A stretch of 64,000 nt of DNA from Azolla caroliniana (GCA_043228905.1 JBHGNT010000021.1:992001-1056000); one strand, 5' to 3'. Positions 38,431-53,200 are shown, counted from the first letter of the stretch. The notes: a model not told the origin generated them from the letters alone. Numbers and translations: made by a program.

Positions 38431-38704
38431 TTGATCCCGTGTGAATCACCTAAGGAATAGATTAGATCAATTTTAAATACAAGTGTGAAAGCCTTAATAG
38501 GTTTGTTATTTCCACCACATTATCCTAAAGTTCACTGCCTTACATTGTCCACAATTATATACATATGGTTTGATCCCATACGAACAAACTAAGGAATAGA
38601 TTATATCAACTTTAAATACAAGTATTAAATACCTTAATAAGTTAGTTATTCCAATCACATTATCCTAAAGTGCACTATCCTACATTGTCCACAATTATAT
38701 ACAT
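38431..38704. repeat. ~140-bp tandem duplication downstream of the MTase gene
   Basis: TTGATCCC...CTAAGGAATAGATTA...CATTGTCCACAATTATATACAT occurs twice. Confidence 0.8.
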
Positions 38705-41222
38705 GCGAGTATGGGTCAAAGTATAAATTATAACTCATTTTATTAGTATGGTTACAAGTACACCTCATATTTTTGTAAAACTTACCAAATTAATATAAGT
38801 CTTTAACTTAGTGTTTCCCATGTCGAACATTAGTAGTGACATATTGAGCCATTGTTGAACTTTATTATGCCTACATTAACTTATCAACACGTCCAAACTT
38901 ATTTAAATTTCAAATGTTCTCCACTCGTAGACCTATCATGTATTTTTATATTTGCAAATTCTAATCAAGTTGTGGAACATGTGATACTAGTGCATCCAAT
39001 TTTTGTAGAGAGGGTATATTTGGATAGTTTCAAGAAGATTCTACAAGTGAAATGCACGATCCTTCCACTTGTGAACGCGAACGTGTTTAGTGTCATATTG
39101 TTCTTTTTTCTCTAGAACATTTGTAGTAATGAAGTTCATTACAAGATCTACATGCATCATGTTGTTTTGGTGTTTATCTTTGGGGAAACATCTTTCCACT
39201 TTGTTATGATCAGGATTCACATCTTCCTTTGTGGCAAGTGTACTCTCTTCATTTTAGCATTTGTTAAACATGTTCAATAAAATCATTCCACAAGATAGAG
39301 GTTTTCCAATTTTCAATTAAAGTCCGAACTTCACGATATAAATATGTGCTTGAGGGAAATGTTTAATAAAACATGTATGTGCATTTAGATAAGTATAATG
39401 AAAAGATATTAAATTTAAAAAATTGTCTATACTCAAACATGCTACAACCAATTCTTGAGACTCGACTCCATTGATGGACGAGCACACAAGGAGGACATGT
39501 TGATACGTGACAAGTTGATAGTATGTCTCCAATATTAATTTTCTATGGTTGTGAGTTGTGACTCGTAACTTATAATAATGCCTACGCATGAAATTGTATT
39601 ATCTGGGAGAATTATCAACGAGAATAAATCGAGTGACATAGTCAAACGGTATTATATGTGAAGAGAGCTAGCATGTTCATCTTATATTAAAATAACTTAA
39701 AACATGTATTACTCATGAATTAAAACGATGCATGTCCTTGTATATGAGGACATAAAAAGCGTAGAAAGAGCCAATCAAGTACAATATATCCTAGAACTTA
39801 AGAGGTGTGAAAATGTTGTCATTTCTCTAAACCCCCTCGGACCCCTCTACAACTTATGAAACCAACTTCAATTGCACGTTATAACTTATGTGCTACTTTC
39901 TCGAACACATGCCATCATAGTAACTATTTGTCCTAGCTTTCCTCATCATTGTATTTGTAACTATTTTTACTATCGTTCCACATCATTGTAATTATTTTAA
40001 CTAGCTTTCCATTTACACTGTAGTACCCAACCTTGTGTAAAAGTTATCTTTTGATTTTTGCAATGTGTTGTTTTGGGATATTAAAGTATAGCCTTGATGT
40101 CGTCAATACATTGCAAGAAAACCGACATTTTTCGCATCTCTTTGATGTATTACATTTAATATTGGAATTTGTACCATTTGTTGACTATCCAACATTATCA
40201 ATGACAAGACATGTGCTGGTGTCAGTGATTGCACAAGAATCATGGCTTGCCCTATTGGATTCCAACATGCCTATATTAAGTATACATTAAGGACTAAACC
40301 AAATTCAAGGACTCACGAGTCAGTAGTCACAAGTCATGACTCATTTGCCAACCGCTACTGACCATACGTCAAATTGTACATGCGGCAACAATTCATCATC
40401 TCTCATCTATTTGCAATTGGCCTCCTTTGGACATTAAAAATATATCTACCACCATTCAAGTACTATCAAATTTTTATTGTTCGAATTTTCTTCTCCACAT
40501 ATTCACATTGACATGAAAAGCTTGATATTTCTATTTTAAACGTCAAATGCGTATCTTCATCATGCCATTTTGGCCTCTTCAAATACCATAATCTCTCTCT
40601 CTCTCTCTCTCTCTCTCATCGATCACAATCAACCTGCCGTGAACATTAAAAATATGTCTACCACGTAGTAGGTTCAAGTTACAACTTGTTTGTCCTCTTT
40701 GGGTTCTCTTATCCACACATCCATAAGGGTATGAAAACCTTGCCCTTTCGATTAAAAATATGTCTACCACGTAGTAGGTACAACTTGTCTGTCTCTTCGT
40801 CCTGAGGAAAGGTATCAATGACCTTCCATTCATTCTCGAGGTTTTTGTTTTATTTTTTTCGAGAGTTGTCCGCCCACAGGCCGAAACGTAAAGAGTATAC
40901 ATACATGTAACGAATAACTGTTGACGGAGTGACTTGCACGCTTTTGTCGAGACTCCATTCCGTGTTCCTAGGGCCAATGTGGGGGGGGGGGGGGGGGCAC
41001 AAGGGGCATGATTGAGAGATTCATGAAAGCACAGGGGCATGATTGAGAGATTAATGAAAGCACAGGGGCATTCTGTGTAAATACAGAAAACCAGGGTTTG
41101 GGGGGGGGGCATATTTCGGAATCTTGATTAGATTCAATATTCCCTCCTCCTCCTCCTCTTCTTCTTCTTCTTCTTCTTCTTCTTCTTCTTGTTTTAGTAG
41201 TGATCTTCAAGAAGCGGCGGCT

Positions 41223-44200
41223 ATGGCGGATCCTCTGGATCCTCACGTGGATTCCGTCGTCTTGAAGAGGACGGATGAATCCGATCATCACGTGGACTCC
41301 GTCGTCTTGAAGAGGAAGGAAGAAGAATCCATGGCCCCGCTCCTGTCAGAGATGAAAAAGCTTCTGGTCGTTGCAGGGCCCATGATTTTCGTCAACTTAT
41401 TCTCCATGACCATCCAGCTCATCTCTGTCATGTTCGTTGGCCATCTTGGCGATCTCTCCCTCTCGAGGTCCACCATAGCCACCTCCTTCTCCAATGTCGT
41501 TGGCATCAGTGTCGTCGTAAGTCATCACCATATTTGATTCTTTCTCCATTCGTCTTTCTGGTTCATCCATTGATTCATTTGCAAATGCCTCTGTGTTCCT
41601 TCCTCTTTCTGATCATTGAACATTCATTCATTCATTCATTCATTCATCAATTTTGTGTTTGAAGACTGTATAATTTGCTGTTTGTTTCTGAACAGGTGGG
41701 AATGGCCACAGCTCTTGATACGCTGTGTGGCCAAGCATACGGAGCAAAGAAGTATAAGCTCCTTGGTCTTTACCTGCAGCGAAGCCTTATCGTCCTTAAT
41801 CTCTCTGCGGTTCCCTTCGCGTTCATCTTCATATACGTGGGAGATATCCTACAATGGCTTAAACAAGATGTAGACATCGCGGTTGGCGCCGGCCAGTATA
41901 TCCGATGCCTCATTCCATCCCTCTTCGCACTTGCAACTTCCCAATCATACATTCGATTCCTCCTCGCGCAAAGCCTCGTCTTACCAATCCTCCTATGTGG
42001 ATTTACCACCCTTGTGGTTCATATACCTCTTTGTTGGTTTCTCGTTTATCAATCGAGTCTGGGGTTCCTCGGGGCTGGCATTGCTGCTAGCATCACCAGT
42101 TGGATCAATGCCCTTCTCTTGGCTTTCTATGCCTCCTTCTCTAAGGATTGTGAGACTACCCGAACACATTGGTCTTGGGAAGCTTTCCTCGACTTAAAGA
42201 GCTTCGTCTTACTGGCTTTACCTTCAACAGCGATGACATGGTACTACACAATTCTCTGTAGAAAAACATTGTTCCTTCTCTTCTTTCATCTTCTGTGTTG
42301 GACATCTTGTTTCATTTTAAGATTTTTTTTAGGATCTTTGCTTTTTTAATGACGATTGGTGAACAGCTTGATAGATGAGCAAAGAGTGATACTTAATAGC
42401 TGGGAGATCTGTTGCTGCATTCACTATCTGCTGATTTATTCAGAGTTTCATCATTGGTTCATCACTATTTGGCATGTAGGTGTCCGTGTACCTCGTTCTC
42501 TTAAAAAACCCATCGTCGGAGATGTTTATATAATGTTCTTTCTCGTAGGCCACCTCTGGAGGAAGAGGCTGCCTTAGTGTGATCCAAATCTTTTGAGTAT
42601 AGAGCTGCCAGAGGTCTTGCTGCAATACCTTGTTCTATTCTTCATTTTGATGAGGTGTACAACATTGAAAGGATGGCAAGTTCCTCAATGTTGAGCCCAT
42701 TGTTGTTGAACCATGCCATCATCTGTGAGTACCTGATCCTTCTGTGTATTGGCTATTAGTTTCCGTAGTTCATGTGTAAAATGGATGGTTATGCATTGTC
42801 GTGACATGGCAACTGCCGTTGTTCGTGAGCTCAAGCTACCGAAATTCAAAGTTCTACCTCTTAGTTTACTTCCTATTTCTTTGTAATCATTCATTTGCAT
42901 TTGCTACTTGTAATATCTCTTTGTAACCCTATTTTGAAAAGGGAATATCTTTGTGAACAAATTAGTGGGGTTTGACTCAGCCTATGAGTTTGTTGTTTTA
43001 AGCATAGATATTGAGTCGTAATCCCCGTTATCCTTGTCTAATCATGTTGATGGAGGGAAAGAGCATGAGAGAGGTTGATTCTCAGTGTCGGCAAGGTGGT
43101 TTCTTTGAACCAAGATTTCCTCGAATAAGGTTTCCTTGAACCAAGGTTTTCTCGAGCTAGGGTTCCTCGAGCCAGTGGTTTCGCAAAATAGGTTTCCTTG
43201 AGCCGAGATTTCCTTGAACCAAGGCCTCCTTGACCGAGGGTTTCTGGAACCAAGTTTTCTCAACCCAAGGTTTCCTGCACCCAAGTTTCGTCAACCAAAG
43301 GTTTCCTCGAAGCAAACGATTTCTTGAAGCCAAGGTTCCCTTGAACCAAGGATTCCTCGAACCAGGAGTTTTTGCGAACCAAGATTCTTAAATTTGAATA
43401 CCTCGAAAGAGATACTTCTCAAAAAAGGAATACACAAGGGCTACCCACGAAGGGTTCAAAATCTTCTCCCATGGTATCACGTCCTCCCTAGTCTTGATCC
43501 GTCAACTGTTCTCCCACACTTCCTGGTGGGAGACATGTAAGGCTACTAGAATCTGGCCATGAATTCATTCCGTTGTATATAACTAGGTGGTGTCAAAACC
43601 CAAACTCTAGTAGTTGTTTTCCAATTCCTGTGTTGTCTGGCCCTGAGTTGGCTGAGCTCCTACATGTTCCCAAGTCCTCCAAAGATATTGAGTGCATCAT
43701 TTCTGGATCTTATAAGTCATAGATATCAAACTGGCTATTTTGTTTCCTGGCGCTGAAGTCTCCTGTGAAGAATACTTAGCCAGACTTTTATAAGCTTCCT
43801 CTAGGTGGCATGGGAAGGAATCATTAAATATTGTATACAACGTCATGATGACATAACTATAGCCATGCTACAAATGATGAAGTTAATCTTGAACATTGAG
43901 CTTCATTTGTTAATTTTTTCATTTAGAATGTTCTGCTCATAGAGAGAGAGAGAGAGAGAGAGAGAGATGTTTCTTTATTAAAATTTCAGTTTAGAGTGGT
44001 GGTGTTATGAGCTACTTGTATTGCTGTCTGGTTTGCTTCCAAATCCAGTACTTGAAACCTCCACATTGGCCATATGGTAAGTCCTAGTACTGTTTCTAAT
44101 TTGCTATACCCGTATACGTCTCTCTCCTTCTCTATATATATGTCTGTGTGTGTCTGTGTGCATACAGACAGACAGACAGATATATAGATTTATCATTTGA

Positions 44201-45681
44201 ATCCTGCATCCTCTCTTTGCTATCATGCCAGTTATAAATTCATTTTTTATTGTTGATTTTTCACAGTTTAAATATAGCTGCAATACATTTCCAAATACCA
44301 TTCGGCATCGGGTCAGGAGTCAGGTATAGAAAATTTTGTATTCAATACTATTCAAGTATCACATGCTAAATTTGAAATATGTATATATCTATAACATGTA
44401 TTACATTATGTGTGTGTATTTATATATATATAATATTACCATTTTGTAGTTTTTTCTTCTCAAACTTGCATGTAGCACGAGGGTATCGAATGAACTTGGA
44501 GCTGGGAATGCTAAATCGGCTCAAAAGGCTTTGAAATATGGTCTTTGTTTGTCATTATCCATCACTGCGACAATCTCAATCATCCTCTTAAGCATACACA
44601 ACATGGTTGGACAGATTTTTACTAACGATGAAGATGTGATTTCCTACGTATCAAAGATTACTCCCATGCTTTCGCTTTCCATCTTCCTCGATAGCACCCA
44701 AACAACTCTGTCAGGTTAGGAATAACATATCAATGCAATTGATTATTATTGATGAATGCTTGGGAAAGAACATTTTAATAGCCAAGTTTCCTTTTTTCAT
44801 CCATGAAGTAACAGGAAATTATCAGCAGATATCACAATGTATATGAGACTTTAGTTGGATAGCTTTGTTTTTAATTTTGCTGCGTAATAAATATATTCCC
44901 AACTGAAAAGCTCAAGAAAATCGATAGGCATTTTAGTGAATGAGACACCCTTTTCGCAAACATGGGAAATCACCTAATTGTTTCAATGCTTATGTGTAAT
45001 GAGAAATTCAAAAACATTATGCTTTCTTATTACCAAAATTACTCATGTTTGGTAGCGAAAAAACAACGTAGGATAGGCATAGGATTAAGGAACTTCAGAA
45101 GCAACATAACATTCATGATATACTTAGAATATACAGTTAATGTGCCCCTAATTATCATAAATAAGGAACATTTGCTTGGTTACCTTGACTTAATAACCTT
45201 GATGGATTTAGCATACTATCGATTGGTTTTGTTTGACGAGAAACTGCCTAAAATGTATCATTTAAATTTGTTTTTTGGACTATAAAACATTCCCAACTCT
45301 AGAACGCATATATTTGTAAGTTAAAATTTTTCCAGCAATTTAGGGTATCATTTCTCCAAACTTTAGAAACCAATGAAATTGTTTCTGATTGATGGGAGAC
45401 CATCTAAGCTAGCACTGGAAAGCACTGAAACTTGTTCCAATTGATGGGAGACTATCTAAATTACATTTTCAGCCATATAATCTGTTTCAAATTAATGTGA
45501 GATTATCTATGTATTGCTTCTGATTTGTTCTTTTTCTTTTTAAGGTGCTGCTCGAGGCTGTGGATTTCAACGATATGGGGCTTTTATCAACTTAGGTTCA
45601 TATTATCTTGTTGGCTTGCCAATAGGATGCACAGTGGCATTCACAACATCTCTTCAAGGGCAGGTATGACGACCACAATTT

Positions 45682-45715
<34 letters not shown>

Positions 45716-46135
45716 GGTAATCCAACGGGAAGTGAACCCATGACCTCTGGCTTGCATGAAGGGTACCAAACACGCTGCATTTCCTGCATTTTGTTTTGTA
45801 AGTAAACAATTATACAATGTATTAATGAAGTTATTGTGGATTTTCCAGGGGTTGTGGCTAGCTGCATTGTTTGCCCCTTTTTCTCAAGTAATTTGCCTTT
45901 CGATTTTACTTGGTAGAGTTAACTGGGAAAAGCAGGTCCTATTCTACACTTGTTATAAAAAGTTTCCCCAATATCTAAAGCGTAGAAATCCCATTTCTCA
46001 TTAAATCTGCCCATCTATAAGACAAGTATGAGAACTCATCTGTAATCTGAAAACCTCTATATGTAGGTGAAAGAGGTTGCGTCCCATCTGAATGCGTCAA
46101 CAGAGGCTTTGTTGCCGAATGACACACTTACTTAG
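41223..46135 (+). CDS. MATE / DETOXIFICATION family transporter, 8 exons
   Basis: Exons 41223-41516, 41696-42240, 43990-44076, 44267-44323, 44476-44714, 45545-45663, 45849-45935 and 46067-46135. [48 protein letters not shown] motifs. Confidence 0.94.
43094..43385. repeat. Minisatellite (~20-bp units) in MATE intron 2
   Basis: AAGGTTTCCTYGAACC-like units, about 14 copies. Confidence 0.85.
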
Positions 46136-48093
46136 GGAGCTTTCAGATATCCAACATGGAGTAACGGAGATTGGTTTAGAATATTGAGCATCACACAATG
46201 GCACCTTTGATCATCAAAGGGGTTACGGAATTCTCTTGAATGTGGGAAAATATTTATTGGTTACAAGAAGTTATCATGTGAAGGACAATATGTTTCATAG
46301 CCTTTCTCACATTCTTGCTTGCAAATGTAGCGATATAGACTATTTGGCTCGAAATAAACATGTACTGGATTTGGAAAATAGTTTGAATCCCTTCTTAATT
46401 TGAGCTTTTACCTGAACTAGAATGCTTATGTGAAAAGACTAACACGAGAATAAACATAATTCCAAACTTATAATTAGTTCCGTTAATGAGAGTGACATTA
46501 CAAAAGCACTATTGCTACCCGGTTCAATTGTAATGTACAGGAAATATTTTCAAGAATAGTGCCTTTGTATATGATAAAACACATAGTCGCATAAATGTTA
46601 AATGTTACATGGACAAGTAGGGCAAAATCTCTCCATTAGATGAAGAGTATGCATCATAACACCACTACATGCATGCATAGGCTTGGCCGTCAATATATAG
46701 GCTGTACATGTGTAAGGCCCTGAAATTCAGCTGGGACATGGGAGAGATTGGACTGTCATGTGAGGGCATTGTCATGTTGATGTGATTTTAGGTAGTATTG
46801 TCAATACTATTTAGGAGTGATATGAGAGCTGATTGCTTTTTTAGAAGGGGAGTTGTTTATCTCAAGAAAATAGATGAAAACTTGTATCAATTTCATTTGA
46901 ATTTTTTGAACATAGAAAGGGTTACTCTTTTCGTTCACCCAATCTCATTTTCCTCTAAGCACCTTGCTAACCACAATGGCTAAGTTGGGGAACGATATGT
47001 ACTTGCACATAGATGTAACTCCTCTTCAAGATGTCGTAGCCCAAGAAGCATCAATGAAAATAACGAATAGTCTATGACCCATACACGGTGGAGAGATGGT
47101 TGGAGGTGATGAGATCATTAGTTTGATAAATGGAGATCAAACTTAAATACATGCTGCCACTCAAGTTTAAAAGCTACATCCATAACACAACACCTATTAT
47201 TTCAATGCCGTGTATCTCCCCCAAAGCTGAACAATGACGCAAGTTAACACTTTCAAGAAACATGTCTTGATCGCAGTAGATTATTTGTAGGGGAAGCCAA
47301 GAAGTTGTTTCGATTTAGACTTGGCTGGAGCTTTGATCTTTGTTTGATCTTGGACCAAGAACTTGGAAATAGGTTTTTTATGGTTATTAGAGAAGTTTGT
47401 GTTCGTTCCTGATCAGTACAAAGATGTGTCATCAAAAGTAATGAGCCAGTTACACAGTTGTTCCTGAAACTTTTCTATGATACAATTAGTACAGCCATTA
47501 TCTCATGACAGATTCATAAATTTAAATCATGTTTGAACAAGGAAATATACATTATGAATCAATAGCACTTAAAAACACAACATGGACAATTCAAGTATTT
47601 CTCACTAGACAATTCACACTAATAAAACCAACACAACTATGTACAATCAATATGTTGAGCCTGGACGAACTGAAACATCAATACATCAAACTAAATACAT
47701 TAAGCCTATAGAAAGGAAGAATTATTAAGAACGCAGCTTAATGCAAATGTCACATTTATTCATTGATATGGAGATGGAGAAAATCGAGACATTCTTATCA
47801 ATAAGATGGAGAATATTTATATTAATTACATCACACTAAAAACGGGGACAGACGAAGGCTAGGGGCCTTCTACAAATTAGAAATAGGGATTAACCCCAGT
47901 ACAGTGTAAAGCCTAAAGAATGAACCTTACGTGTATGCAGTCTTTCTTTCTTTTTTATGAGGATTTAGAGTTTAAATAAGAAAAAAGGTGGTAAACTAAA
48001 ATGCATGCAAACAAATGAAATGAGTAAAGATAATCTTCAAAAAACAGAAAGCCAGTCGAACTACTGAGTTGTTTATCCTCATTCAGGAAGAAT

Positions 48094-49056
48094 TTAAGGC
48101 TCATCAGGGGGAGAGTAGCTATAGTACGGTGGTGGCGAAGGGGAGGTGGATGGGTATGGGCTTTGGCCGCCACATGGAGGGCAAGGGGGGCAAGAAGGTG
48201 GGGGAGGAGTCTGCTGATGGTGTCGTGGAGGCGGAGGAGGGGGAGGGGGAGGGGGTGATGGAGGTGATGGAGGTGATGGAGATGGCGATGGGAGCTCACA
48301 ATTTGATTGAGATGGCGGTGATGGGGAAGGATAGTTGTGCATTGGTGGGGAACCATAACTGGCCATAGGAGGGCACGCGGGCGTCCCATATACAAGCGGA
48401 GGAGGTGGTGGTGATGAGGTTCCATATGGAGGAGTGTACGATCCCGACATAGGAGGCGGTTGCGGCCGGCCACCAGGACTGGCACCGGGCACGGGAGGAG
48501 GTGGTGATGTTCCATACGGAGGAGTGTACGATCCCGACATAGGAGGCGGTTGCGGCCGGCCACCAGGACTGGCACCGGGCACGGGAGGAGGTGGTGATGT
48601 TCCATACGGAGGAGTGTACGATCCCGACATAGGAGGCGGTTGCGGCCGGCCACTGGGACCGGCACCGGGCATGGGAGGAGGTGGTGATGTTCCATACGGA
48701 GGAGTGTATGGTCCCGTCATAGGAGGCGGTTGCCGCTGGCCACCGGCACCGGCACCAGGCACGGGAGGTGGAGGCGGGCTCCCATATGGAGAACTGTAAG
48801 GCGTGGATGGGGTAGGTGGTGGTGGGATCCCATAAGGTGAACTGTATGGGATGGAGGGGGGAGGGGGTGGAGGTGGAGGTGAAGGTGGGGGTGGGGGTGG
48901 TGGTGGAGGTGGAGGCGAGCCAGACATGCCCCCCATGCCAGGAGGTGGTAGCGGAGATGGTGGAGGTGTTGAGGGTTGTTGGGCCAATACCACGGAGATC
49001 AACCCCAACAGCCAAAACAAGATCAAGTTCTTCTTCATCTTCATCGTTGGTCCCAT
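48094..49056 (-). CDS. Secreted proline-rich / extensin-like cell-wall glycoprotein (single exon)
   Basis: Signal peptide MKMKKNLILFWLLGLISVVLAQ; SP4-5 motifs; Tyr-rich 40-aa repeats; stop at 48094. Confidence 0.85.
   Translation of the reverse strand: MGPTMKMKKNLILFWLLGLISVVLAQQPSTPPPSPLPPPGMGGMSGSPPPPPPPPPPPSPPPPPPPPSIPYSSPYGIPPPPTPSTPYSSPYGSPPPPPVPGAGAGGQRQPPPMTGPYTPPYGTSPPPPMPGAGPSGRPQPPPMSGSYTPPYGTSPPPPVPGASPGGRPQPPPMSGSYTPPYGTSPPPPVPGASPGGRPQPPPMSGSYTPPYGTSSPPPPPLVYGTPACPPMASYGSPPMHNYPSPSPPSQSNCELPSPSPSPPSPPSPPPPPPPPPPRHHQQTPPPPSCPPCPPCGGQSPYPSTSPSPPPYYSYSPPDEP
48420..48780. repeat. Coding tandem repeat in the proline-rich gene (about 3.5 units of about 105-120 bp)
   Basis: PGASPGGRPQPPPMSGSYTPPYGTSPPPP repeated. 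Confidence 0.85.
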
Positions 49057-50243
49057 TTCGCGTTGAAAGCAATCCCAATTCGTTCTTCCAGAGGAGGGGG
49101 GCCAGGAAAGGCAATGGGGGTTTTTTTGGCAGTTAAATAAAACAGCAAACACACCCTGTTCCTTCCTTGCTTCCTTCCTTCCCTCCTTTCTATTTTCTGA
49201 AGCAGAGCATGCAGACCAACATCTGTCTACCCGGAGACCTTTTTTTTCAACGCTTGCTTTCCGTCTTCATAGCCCCAACTCTCTCTGAGAGGGGAATGCA
49301 GGGAGGCAGGGCCTTTGAATCCTTCTCCCACCACATTAGCCTTTCCAATATCTTCCTTTCATGCATACATGCATACATACATATACTATAGCATTTTCTG
49401 ACCCACATTTTGCTACGTTCTCATGTTGTGTCCGGTTTAGAACCCGACTATCAGCCACCAAGGAGGTTGTTCTCCGATGAAACGCATAAAATGTTGTCTT
49501 ATGAAGTGATGGCATTGCACTACATCACACATGCTCCAATGGCTCAATCCCTACCATGTACTACCCTCGTTCCAAAGCTCCTCATCATAGCCCTCATTCC
49601 TAAGCCCTATTTATTGTTGCCTCTCTACCTAGTCGTTGGGTCTAACCATTCCCATGAGTACATATCTATATTGTATTTGTTGTTTTGGCCTGCACATGTC
49701 AATTAGAATTGCAAATGGAACTTATCGATGTGATGAATTCACGTGGATATCACCCCAATCATGTGTTGCAAGATCATTTAAATAATTGTTTTAGGAAGAC
49801 GAAACTTTGAGAATAAACCCAAATTACATTTTAGACAACAAAGTTAAGCACCTTACAACAAAGGCACTTCACCAACCTTCTTTTCAAAGTGATTGGATGG
49901 AAGATAAGCCTAGTTTTACATTATTAGACTACTCAATTAAATTGCATTAGCGCACACTAATAGTCCATGATAAGAGGTAGTCCACAAAGCCACTCATGGA
50001 GTTAGGATAAAAGATAGGAAAATTACAGGTTAGGCCTGCATACTAGGCCATGTTAATGCCAGAAATGAGGAATAGAAACGTGGTCCCCCTTCTTACATGT
50101 TAAAGTGCGGATGTGGTTGATGACCTAATAGCCTGGTGAACATACAACATTAGTTAGGTTAAAAAAAAAAGTTAGCTTGTTTCAAGACTTTTTAACATAC
50201 ATGGTGAGAAAGCCTACGAAATTAATGTTACCGCTTTTGAGTG

Positions 50244-53200
50244 TTACAAAATATCCAATATTGTTTTCTTGAGATCATTCCTGGACTCTAGTGCTGCCTG
50301 CATAGCAAATTGTATTTTCGAATTTATAACTTTTATCGAAAGCCAAAAGGCAAAGCATCATTTGAAACTTACGTTCTGTAAGGTAAGGAGTTGTTGCTCA
50401 GCCTCCTTTATATACTGCTCAGCAAATTCATTCGCCTTCGAGTATAGTTTCTTGTGTGCAATTTCTGTTTGGCGTTTGAAAAAGGTATACATTAGTGACT
50501 TTCATGCAGCATTTCGACAACTATATGCAAATATTGCACCAAATATTACTCTGCTTATCACAAATACTGTTAAGGTAACTCTCTGAGGTTTCGACTTGAG
50601 CAGAAATATCTTTGAAATGCTTCAGGTGAGTATGCATTTCATCCTTCCACTTTTTCTGGGAGGTTTTGAATGCTTCGTATTCATCTGTTCATCGTGAGGT
50701 AGGGAAATTTCGTATTGAATTTTTGTGAACTCATTTTTCATATAAGAACTGTTAGGTAGCGCAATACCTTGTAATTGTAACTGTAATTGCCCAAATCTCT
50801 CCATTGAGAGCTTTTTGTATTCGTTTCTGCATCACCAAAAAAGGGGGGCAAAGACAACTCATACAATTGTACTATTGACATGAACAAACAAGAGCAATTT
50901 CTTTTTATAGACATACAGATCTGATTCAATATGCCCCTGAGCTTCTTTACATCGATTCATGATTTTTTCCTTTGTACTGGCAAGAATTTCTGTGGATTTT
51001 CTGTCCCTAATGACCTTGACCTTGTTCATTATCTTTTGAAGTGCGTTTGCAAATAACTGCATCTCCCTGATTAAATGAATGTGAAAATTAAGTAACCATG
51101 AACTTTCTCTACAACTCACAAATAAATTCCAGTCCTATTGCTGTGGTCATTAATTACCCGTTTGTATCATCATCATCATTATCAACCTTTGCTATTTGTA
51201 GATGTTCTGCAGACACCAGATATTTGCTCAGATTCCAGGACCCATTAAGAGTGTAAATCTCAGGGTTCATTGATAAACCTTGCAGGAAGAAGTTCATCTG
51301 TTCATTTCTACTTTTTGTTCTTCTCTGTGCTTTCTGATACTGTCCATCAGATCTATAGGTTGCATCTTTTGGTAACGGAGAACTTTGAAAGCATCTTTGA
51401 TCTTTTTCTTTCAAATCTGCAAATTAAATTTCTCAAGAGTGCAGAACTTGATCCGCTTTCTTACTTCATTTAACAAAATGTTTCACAAGAGTAATGAGCA
51501 TAAGGTGACATACCACATGCTTTTTCAGTTTGATTCTCTTTAGAAAATGTAGAAAAGGGATGAATCTTATCTTCTTTCTCAAGAGTTAGGTTTGTGCATC
51601 CAAAAGAAAACAAAGCATCTGTTCTCGGGGTGGAGGCACAACCATTAATAGTAAGAAAACCATCTGATTTGGGTAGAGTAATACAATCACCAAAAGCAAG
51701 TAACTTCTCTGCACATAGGAATCAAATCATTTACGTCTTTTATCTCTTATAGAAAAGAGCAAGGTTTGTCGATATAGATAAACACTTACCGCTCAGGGGA
51801 CTAGGATTGATCAAAGATTCAGAATCTATATTATTAGAGGATAACCTAAGCTTTTTCACTGGGCCTGTTTGAATACTGTGTTCTTCCTTTCTTCCCTGTT
51901 TAGTGCAAGAAGACCTCTTCAGCAGATAAGGTACTTCCATATTATCCACGGTTGGCTTAAATGGTGTCCTCAGATAATCTGCATCAATTGCATTGAAGAA
52001 CTCATGGTTTTCTTGGTTTTCATCTGCACTGGGTTTGCAAAGACTTCTCTTGCATTGCTGGTCATTCTCAAAGCAAAATACGTCCTTATCCTTCTCAGTT
52101 GCATTTTCTGTGCATACAACTCTATCATCTTTCTCTGTTTCTGTTTCTGTTTCTGTTTTCAGGTTCTTTGATGATGCCTGCCTTTTTTCTGAGTTCAAAG
52201 ACCGTTTCTTTTTGTGCTTATATGTTGTCTTTGCTACTCTCTTGCTATTTGGGTTGGACTTACCTGGTACTGCACTGGTATGCCCACTATCACTTTCAAT
52301 AGGATCTGATGTAAAGTTATCTTTCTTCTCTCTGCTTGGTACATTCAAGCTAGTATCCTCAAGGATATGAAGAATTTTTGCTCTCCATTGATCAACCTTA
52401 TTAAAGTCAGCTATTTTATTTTCAACTACCACAGACGCATCCTTCACCTTAACATTACTCTTAATTACAGATTTCTGCAATGCAGCAGAACCAGGATTTG
52501 TCTTCCTGGCAGCATCAGGTTTAAACAAGGGTTCACAGTTGCTTGGATTAGAATACTTGGGAGCTTCATCCAAAAGCAAATGAGAATTATTTTTTAATTT
52601 GAGATGACCTGGATGTTTTAGTTCTTGCTTCGTACATTTGGGGGAGAAACCCAAAGCATTTTTAATACTATCTTCAACTCTAGTATTGTAAACACTAGTT
52701 GAACCTCTATTTGGTTTAGGCTCAACATACATACTGGTTTCAAGCAAAGCTGAACTCGGTTTCAGGTTTGGTTCCATTTCTTGTTGTTTATCACCAATCA
52801 CTGTTCTTTGTGGACATTGGGTCTCTGGAATAGCCATCCTGCACTCAGTAGCCTTGGCAACTGTTTTGGAAATGTTTCCCTCTTTACTGATCATATCTCT
52901 GCTGTCAGCAGTAACACCATTGGCTGTCATATTCTTATTGTATTGAGGGATCGTTTCCTTGGATGATTGTACATTTAAATTCATATTCTCTTCTTGGATT
53001 TCGTCATTAGATGCTTTTTCATTTGATTTCCTGCTTGGTTCTGATATATGTTTGGAAACACTCTCATTCTCATGCGTTTCCTTAAAGAAATCATCTTCAG
53101 GCATGGCATTAGAGATGCTTGAAAGGATTGGAAATCTGACTTTCTTGGGCAATGGGATTCCAAATCCAATGGATGCTTTACGGAAAAATCTGTGCGCTTT

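Noticed and set aside
47955-49136. Gly-rich and His-rich overlapping ORFs over the proline-rich gene
   Set aside because: Shadow frames of the CCN-rich coding sequence; only the minus-strand frame has a signal peptide
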